DNA of 64,000 bases from a virus. Its lineage: Duplodnaviria > Caudoviricetes. Shown piece by piece: positions 57,417 to 64,000 of this stretch; the first letter of the stretch is position 1; each line of letters opens with the position of its first letter. The stretch spans positions 3,399-67,398 of IMG/VR virus record IMGVR_UViG_3300032038_000070; one strand, 5' to 3'. Below the pieces are notes generated by a model. It searched no databases. It had not been told where the DNA came from and was given only the letters and a program-made list of their open reading frames with translations. Position numbers and translations under genes: made by a program.

Positions 57417-58601
57417 ATGGCACAGCTTACACCGAAGGACATACTCGAAATATCGGAGCCGGTAGAAGCGGTTTACCAGAGATGCGTGGACGAGCTTCTC
57501 ATCAACATTGCGAAGCATTTCCGCAAGCCCGGAAACGAGCGTACACGCTATTGGGAAATCAAGAAGCTCAGCGAGCTTGGTGCACTCACGGAGGAATCTG
57601 TGAAGATCATCGCCAAGAACACCGGGATGCTACCGGAGGAGATACAGAAGGCGTTTCTAGAGGTGAGCGAGAAGGCCTGTCTCGACATTGACCCTCAGCT
57701 CAGAGGAGCAGCGGAGAAGGGTATACTGCAAGACCCGGGGACGACACCATCAACGTCTCCGTTGATGCGGAGTATGGTGCAGGCGTATTCAGAGCAGGCT
57801 ATCGACAAGATGAACCTCACGAATACCACGATGCTCGAGAGTACGCGGCAAGCGTACGTGAACGCTGTCGAGAAGGTTGTGAGCGAAGAACAACTGGCTG
57901 AGTCACAGCGTATTCTTGAATCGCAAAGCCTGTCTGTTACGACACATCAAGAAACGAGAGTCCGAGCAATACGGAAGGCTGTTGAGCAGATGAGCAACGC
58001 AGGCCTCACGGGATTTATTGACCGGGCAGGACACAAGTGGCAGCCAGACGCGTACGCAGCGATGGTCGTAAGGACTACGAGCCACAATGCAGCGATACAG
58101 GCGATACGGAACCGGCAGCAGGAGTTTGGAGGAGGAGACCTCTTCCAGATTTCCAGTCACACCGGAGCGAGGCCGCTGTGCGCACCGTACCAAGGGTACT
58201 TCTACACTTGGGGCAACGGTAGCGGAGAGTTTGTAGACGGAGCAGGACACACGCAGCACTACGAGTCCATCTACAGAACGAGCTACGGACAAGCGGCAGG
58301 CATCTTTGGCATTAACTGCGGACACCATCCGATACCGATTATTCCGAGGTACAGCTATCCGCATGACAGAATCGAACAGACCCCGGAAGAGAATGCGAAA
58401 GAGTACGAGGAGAGCCAGATACAGCGGCAGTACGAGCGGAACATCCGTAAGGCGAAGCGAGACGAAGAGATCGCGAAGGTGACCGGGGACAGCGAAGCAG
58501 TGAAGGCCGCGTCAAAGAAGGTACGAGATGAGCAGGCGAAGATGCGCAGCTTCATCAAGGAGACCGGGAGAGCGAGACGCTACGACCGGGAACGTATATA
58601 A
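57417..58601 (+). CDS. MuF-type minor capsid protein, short form (no toxin domain)
   Basis: Aligns to the N-terminus of 20185..22161 and ends at RARRYDRERI. Confidence 0.88.
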   Translation: MAQLTPKDILEISEPVEAVYQRCVDELLINIAKHFRKPGNERTRYWEIKKLSELGALTEESVKIIAKNTGMLPEEIQKAFLEVSEKACLDIDPQLRGAAEKGILQDPGTTPSTSPLMRSMVQAYSEQAIDKMNLTNTTMLESTRQAYVNAVEKVVSEEQLAESQRILESQSLSVTTHQETRVRAIRKAVEQMSNAGLTGFIDRAGHKWQPDAYAAMVVRTTSHNAAIQAIRNRQQEFGGGDLFQISSHTGARPLCAPYQGYFYTWGNGSGEFVDGAGHTQHYESIYRTSYGQAAGIFGINCGHHPIPIIPRYSYPHDRIEQTPEENAKEYEESQIQRQYERNIRKAKRDEEIAKVTGDSEAVKAASKKVRDEQAKMRSFIKETGRARRYDRERI

Positions 58602-58611
58602 GGAGGCAGAT

Positions 58612-58963
58612 ATGGAATGCAATCACCCGGAGGCTTACGTCTCCATCATGGGAAGATACCGTGTCTGTAACCTGTGCGGAGCCAAGCTCCCTCTGGTACA
58701 GGCAGCAGAAAAGAAGCCGGTGAAGACCGAGCCGAAGAAGGGAGCAAAAGCCAATGCCAGAAAATAATGAAAAAGATAGAGAGGCGTGGGAGGTCAGTGA
58801 CATGATCCGAAGCGCCGGCGGCATCGTCGAGACCGCACTGAGAGCGGAGGACGAAGCAAGCCGAAAAGCACTGCGAGACGCAGCGAAGACGATCTTGCAG
58901 CAGGCAATCGCCCGAATGGACGAGAGCGTCGGAGCAAGCGACGCAGATGAAGACGATGAATGA
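58612..58963 (+). CDS. Small zinc-finger-like ORF (58612..58767) and conserved acidic ORF (58754..58963)
   Basis: Homologues of 22257..22626. Confidence 0.7.
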
Positions 58964-59064
58964 GCACCTAACAAGGTGCTTTTTTCATACCCAAAAATAC
59001 GCGAGCACCGGTCGTTACGGGGTGCAATTCGCTAATCGTCAATAGCGTAAAAGGAGGACGTAAA

Positions 59065-59538
59065 ATGGCATTTTCGAGAAAGTTTTTACTGGACAATGGA
59101 GTACCGGAGGACAAGATAGACGCAATCCTCGCAGAGCGAAACAGGACGCTGTCAGACTACATTCCGAAGGCAGACGTACAGGCTCAGATCGACGAGGCGC
59201 TTAAGAACGCTAAGCCGCAGGAAGTCGACGTTAAGACCACACCGGAGTATCTGGCTCTTGCCGGGGAGAACGCGAAGCTGAAAGCCTTCCAAGGGGATGA
59301 CTTCTCTTCTGTCAAAGCTCCGTACCGGGACATTGTGTGGGAAAAGCTCGACCATGCTGAGAAGCATACACCGTACACAGAACAGATCGCAGAGCTTGCA
59401 AAGACTATGCCAGACCTGTTCGTAACACCAACAGAAGAACCTCAGAAACCTAGCTTCGGAGCAGCTCCACAGGGAGCAGCGCCTACAGGCCAGAAGGGTG
59501 AATCCTTCGGAGATATCTGGGGGTTCGGCAAAAAATAG
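59065..59538 (+). CDS. Scaffolding protein B
   Basis: Homologue of 22733..23215. Confidence 0.75.
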   Translation: MAFSRKFLLDNGVPEDKIDAILAERNRTLSDYIPKADVQAQIDEALKNAKPQEVDVKTTPEYLALAGENAKLKAFQGDDFSSVKAPYRDIVWEKLDHAEKHTPYTEQIAELAKTMPDLFVTPTEEPQKPSFGAAPQGAAPTGQKGESFGDIWGFGKK

Positions 59539-59550
59539 GAGGACTAAATT

Positions 59551-60453
59551 ATGCCTTTCGTACAGCAGTCTATTAACTACGCAGTTCAGTACGGCAGAGA
59601 GCTCGCAAACGCTTATCCGTACCTTTCCTACTTCGGCGAAATCTGGGGCTCCCAGAACAGCCAGAGATTCAGACCCATCAACGCGAACAGCATCATGATC
59701 CCTTCCATGGAGGTCTCCGGTGCGAAGGCCGTCGACAGAGACAATCTGAACGGTGTCTTCACCAGAAACTTCAACCTCTCTTGGGAGCCGAAGGTCATGT
59801 CCATGTATCGCGAGTGGAGCACCATCCTCGACGAGATGGACATCGTTGAGACCAACGAGGTCGCAACAATCGCGAACATCACAAGAACATTCAACGAGTT
59901 CCAGAAGATCCCGGAGATGGATGCCTACATGGCTTCCAAGCTCGGCGCGTTCGCGACAGCCGCAACCACAGTGGATACCACTGCCCTCACGGCAGCGAAC
60001 ATCCTCTCCAAGTGGGATGACTATCTTGAGGCAATGACCAACGCTCGCGTCAACCGCGACAGAGTTATCTGCTACGTCACACCGGCAACATACAAGCTCC
60101 TCAAGCAGGCAGCAGGAATCACCAGATTCCTTGAGGTCTCCAACGGCATCCAGAATGTCGACCGCAACATCGCCAAGCTTGATGGAGTCGTCATCAAGGA
60201 AGTTCCGAGCGATCTCATGCAGAGCGCGTACAACTTCGCAGATGGATTCGTTGCTACCGCAGCCGCGAAGCAGATCAACATGATCATGGTCGACCCTCTC
60301 GCAGTCATCGCCCCGGTTGTGTACGAGGTCTCCATGATCTCCGCTCCGAGCGCCGCTACCAAGGGCAAGAACGTGTACTACGAGAGCTACTACTACGATG
60401 TCTTCAACCTCACACAGAGGACAGCAGGCATCAGAGCGAACATCGCTGCGTAA
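59551..60453 (+). CDS. Major capsid protein B
   Basis: Homologue of 23227..24129. Confidence 0.9.
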   Translation: MPFVQQSINYAVQYGRELANAYPYLSYFGEIWGSQNSQRFRPINANSIMIPSMEVSGAKAVDRDNLNGVFTRNFNLSWEPKVMSMYREWSTILDEMDIVETNEVATIANITRTFNEFQKIPEMDAYMASKLGAFATAATTVDTTALTAANILSKWDDYLEAMTNARVNRDRVICYVTPATYKLLKQAAGITRFLEVSNGIQNVDRNIAKLDGVVIKEVPSDLMQSAYNFADGFVATAAAKQINMIMVDPLAVIAPVVYEVSMISAPSAATKGKNVYYESYYYDVFNLTQRTAGIRANIAA

Positions 60454-60468
60454 ACGAGGAGGTAAGCC

Positions 60469-62046
60469 GTGGCACTGGTAACCTTAGAGTATTACACAAA
60501 CACATACATCGGGGAGCCGGTTGCCACGGCTGACTTTCCGAGATTCGACGCAAGGGCTGAGGACTTAGTCCTCGGCCTTATCAATATTACCGAAGAGGGA
60601 TTCGAGGAGCTTTCTGCCGCTAACCAGACGGCAGTACAGAAGGCTATCTGTGCGCAGATAGAATACTTCCAAGAGTACGGAATAGGAGTTGCGAGCTTCG
60701 GCAAGGAGGCCGGTGGCGGCTTTACAGTCGGCAAGGTCTCTGTCAACGAGGGAAGCAGCAGCGGAGGCATCGGAGCACGATCCATGATCTGCCCGGCAGT
60801 CTACGTGTACCTTGAACGGACAGGGCTTCTCAACCCTTCGGTATCTACGGCACCGGAGCCGTGGCCTTACGTCTGGGGGTGGTTCTGATGGCACTAGCAC
60901 CGATTCCTGCCCGGATGCTGCACGACACAGCAGTCTTCCATGTTGTGACAGGTATGGACAGGTACCAGAAGAAAACCTACGAAGACTACACCGTAAGCCA
61001 TGTACATCTCCAGTCCTCGAATGAGACCCGGAAGACAGGTACAGACGAGGAGGTGCTGCTCAGAGGGATTCTGTTCGTAGACGCGAGGAAGAGCACACCG
61101 GTGCTCGACCTGTATGCGCTACAGAACAGCTCGCTCGCAGCAGGAGACACCATGAGAGTCACCGTATACGACGCAAGCGGTACGGAGACAGGAGAGTACG
61201 CTGTGCTTGCTGTTGACGATCTTCCAGACGTTCCTGCGACACGGAGACATCACTGGGAGCTTGGACTGGTATGAGCGTAATCGTAAAGACAGACAGACAA
61301 AAGTGGATAGACGCGATCAACAACGCGAAGGAGACAGCAGCATACGCTCTTGCAGAGCAGATGCTCGCAGACAGCGAGAGTTTCGTTCCGCACAGCGGAG
61401 GATCCTCTCAGTCGGCAGGAAACCTGCGTGAATCTGGAACGGTTGTCAAAGGTGAGAGCGGCAGATTCTACTTGGTTTGGGACACGGTTTATGCCTTGTA
61501 CCAGTGGTTCGGGGTACGTGCTGACGGTTCCCACAAGGTACACCATTACACGACACCGGGAACAGGTACACAGTGGGTCGATAAGGCGAAAGCCAGATAC
61601 TCCGACCGGTGGAGAGACATTGCTCAGAAGAAGTTTACGGAGGGATTGAAGTGAACGTGTTCGACACACTCATGGAGGCCGTCGCGACGATGGCAGAGGA
61701 AACAGCGCCATACGCGTCGATTGTGTTTGGCTCCGATCCACCGGAGAACGGAATCTGCATGATGCGGAACGCAGGATACCCGGACGAGACGCATCTCAAC
61801 AAGGGATTCATGTTTCGGATGCCGGTACTGCTCAACGGGAAGCACAGCGAGCAGCAAACAGTGCTGAACGCACTGGAAGCAATACATACGACGCTTACAA
61901 AAGCGACGGATTACTCAGAGCTCAACAACGACGAGATTCAAGTCGTGAACATTGAAACGACAGCTTTTCCATCCATTATCGGGAGGGAGCAGAACAATCA
62001 GTGGATTTGCGGATCGTCGTTTGAGATCAGCTTTTATTGGAGGTAA
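60469..62046 (+). CDS. Four head-tail joining genes (60469..60888, 60888..61274, 61271..61654, 61651..62046)
   Basis: One-to-one homologues of 24147..25747. Confidence 0.78.
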
Positions 62047-62049
62047 GAA

Positions 62050-62541
62050 ATGCCTACAGCAGCAGACATCAAGAACTACACAAAGCCCGAAGTCGCTCCG
62101 CTGTATTCCTACAGCGCAGAGATCGACACTACGCCTAGCGCAACGACACCGACATGGGCTACGGTGTGTGCAGGCTTCGAGAACATCACCGAGGCGCTGA
62201 ACGAGACGGTGCAGCAGTACTTCTTCCTTTGCGGAGAAGGATTTGCGGCCAACTACGTCACCGGCATCGCCCCGACGATCACTCTCAGCGGTCGCAGAAT
62301 TTACGGCGACGCAGCGCAGGACTACATCTTCGGAAAGAAGTACGACCTCCTCGCAGCGAGGGATACACACTTCCGCATGAAGAGGACTGACGCAGCCGGT
62401 GAAACGGAGACTGTCATCAGCGCGAACGTCACACTGTGCAACATGACAGACATCAGCGGAGCAGCCAACGAAGGCAGCGCCTGCTCGGTCGAAGTCCGGT
62501 TCAACGGAGCACCGTTCCAAGGGGATGCTTGGGCTTTATGA
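62050..62541 (+). CDS. Major tail tube protein B
   Basis: Homologue of 25751..26242; terminator at 62548-62582. Confidence 0.78.
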   Translation: MPTAADIKNYTKPEVAPLYSYSAEIDTTPSATTPTWATVCAGFENITEALNETVQQYFFLCGEGFAANYVTGIAPTITLSGRRIYGDAAQDYIFGKKYDLLAARDTHFRMKRTDAAGETETVISANVTLCNMTDISGAANEGSACSVEVRFNGAPFQGDAWAL

Positions 62542-62640
62542 CGTAACGCGGAGGGGTACAAGCTCCTCCGCTTTTCTTTTTAACTACGTCATTTTTATTT
62601 TTAATTACGTCATTTCGAAGGAAATGAGTAAGGAGGGAAT

Positions 62641-63605
62641 ATGTACAAGATCAAGAGAAGCAGGCACATCGCTGAGAGCCTTCAGATAGAGGACGGAGAT
62701 AAGTTACTTGACCTTACAGTGGACATCGTAATCGACGACATCATGAAGAAGTACATTGATCTTGGAAGCCGGTTGGCAAAGCTACAGGAGATGGTTGACG
62801 CAGGAGAAAAGACTGACGACTTGTACGCCGAGTACGGCAGAACTGTCGTTGCGTACTTCGAGCTTTTCTTCGGTACAGAACAGACCGCGAAGATCATGGA
62901 GCTGTACAGCGGCAGATACAGCGAGATGCTCGTCGACATCACACCGTTCTTACAGGACGTTGTAGTCCCGGAAATCATCAAGGCACAGGAAGAGACGAAG
63001 AACAAGTACAGAGCACTGGCGAAGAGAAGGTACAGATGAAACCTTACGAGCGGCTTCCAGAGACAGTGACGTACAACGGAAAAAGATACCGCCTTGATAT
63101 GTCTTACGTCGCGTTTTTTGCTGTCTCAGAACTGATGCAGGACAAATCCCTACTGGATTACGTGAAAGTGTCTGGCGCTCTCGAAATACTTGTTAAAGGC
63201 AGGCATCCGGTAGACCCGGGACTGCTTACAGCGATCTACGACCTCATCAAGGAGGAGAGACCGCGCACCGGAACAGACCAAAAGCTGATGGACATCGGAC
63301 AGGACTGGCACTACATCTGCGCAGCCTTTCAGCAGGCCTACGGAATCAATCTGTACAGAGACCGGAAGATGCACATACTGCGGTTCCGGGCATTGCTACA
63401 GGCACTACCGAAGGATACCCGGATGTCAGAGATCGTCGGAATACGAGCAGCGAAGATTCCTGCTCCGACGAAGTACAACAGGGAACAAATAGCCGAGCTA
63501 ACACGGCTCAAGGCTCAGTACGCGCTGAGGGGCAGCGAGGAATCATTACAAGACGGCTTCGCCAAGCTGTTTGCATTACTTGAAGCGAGGGCAAAAAATG
63601 TCTGA
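62641..63605 (+). CDS. Tail chaperone (62641..63039) and Gp15-like protein (63036..63605)
   Basis: Homologues of 26301..27265. Confidence 0.8.
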
Positions 63606-64000
63606 CGTTGGAAGCGTAAAATACCAAGTCGAGCTAGACGACAGTCATCTCGACCAAAACATATCGAAAACTGAATCCGACATATCCTCCAAACTTGGTT
63701 CCATCAGCAGCACACTGAACAAGCAGTTTGGTTACCAGATATTCAAGGACGTTGGCGGTGCTGTCGTAGAGGCCGGGAAGGCAATGGTCGGCTTCGCAGC
63801 AGACTCAGTACAGACCGGGCAGACCTTCGACAAGAGCATGGCACAGGTCGCCGCCACAATGGGGCTGACCGTCGACGAGATTGGAGAGCTGCGCGACTTC
63901 GCACAGGAGATGGGCGCGTCCACAGCGTTCTCCGCGTCACAGGCAGCGGATGCGCTGAATTACATGGCTCTCGCCGGGTACGACGCAGAGACAGCCATGA
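63598..64000 (+). CDS. Tape measure protein B, 5' end (truncated by the window)
   Basis: Nearly identical to 27258-27660; 63874-64000 is identical to 27534-27660. Confidence 0.9.
   Translation, partial: MSDVGSVKYQVELDDSHLDQNISKTESDISSKLGSISSTLNKQFGYQIFKDVGGAVVEAGKAMVGFAADSVQTGQTFDKSMAQVAATMGLTVDEIGELRDFAQEMGASTAFSASQAADALNYMALAGYDAETAM

Larger units (their letters stand above)
27258..64000. mobile_element. Phage B segment, circularly permuted (tail, lysis, attP, int, replication, head; CCWGG-depleted)
   Basis: attP arms on both sides of the core, shared 200-bp element, uniform CCWGG avoidance. Confidence 0.7.

Overview
The window is entirely temperate siphophage sequence of Firmicutes (Clostridia-like) type. 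I found no bacterial housekeeping genes. Layout: (i) a tail end and lysis module (1-1.9 kb); (ii) 'phage A' (1.9 to ~27 kb) with a large serine integrase, HTH repressor, PolA/DUF2800/DUF2815/VapE/SNF2 replication module and an A118/SPP1-like head-tail module whose MuF protein carries an ADP-ribosyltransferase; (iii) tape measure, tail tip and lysis genes (27-36 kb); (iv) 'phage B' (36.5-64 kb) with a tRNA-derived att core, tyrosine integrase, LexA-like repressor, early small-gene array, ERF/initiator replication module, a candidate DNA-modification operon and a second, homologous head-tail module cut off in the tape measure gene. Both att sites look like intact attP, and CCWGG is almost absent from ~26.6 kb onward. 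So 27-64 kb is probably one genome (B) joined to A near the tape measure gene, either as a real cointegrate or tandem lysogen or as an assembly chimera. Best candidates for new biology: (1) a terminase-coupled operon (HAD/kinase, cytidylyltransferase, GREB1/TAGT-like glycosyltransferase, two ParB-domain proteins, radical SAM) that may hypermodify DNA without oxygen; (2) an invertible tail-fibre C-terminus on TTAAA-N6-TTTAA sites with no adjacent invertase; (3) a type II hammerhead ribozyme in the early operon; (4) a three-copy ~200 bp non-coding element. All family assignments come from motif recognition by eye. No database searches were run.
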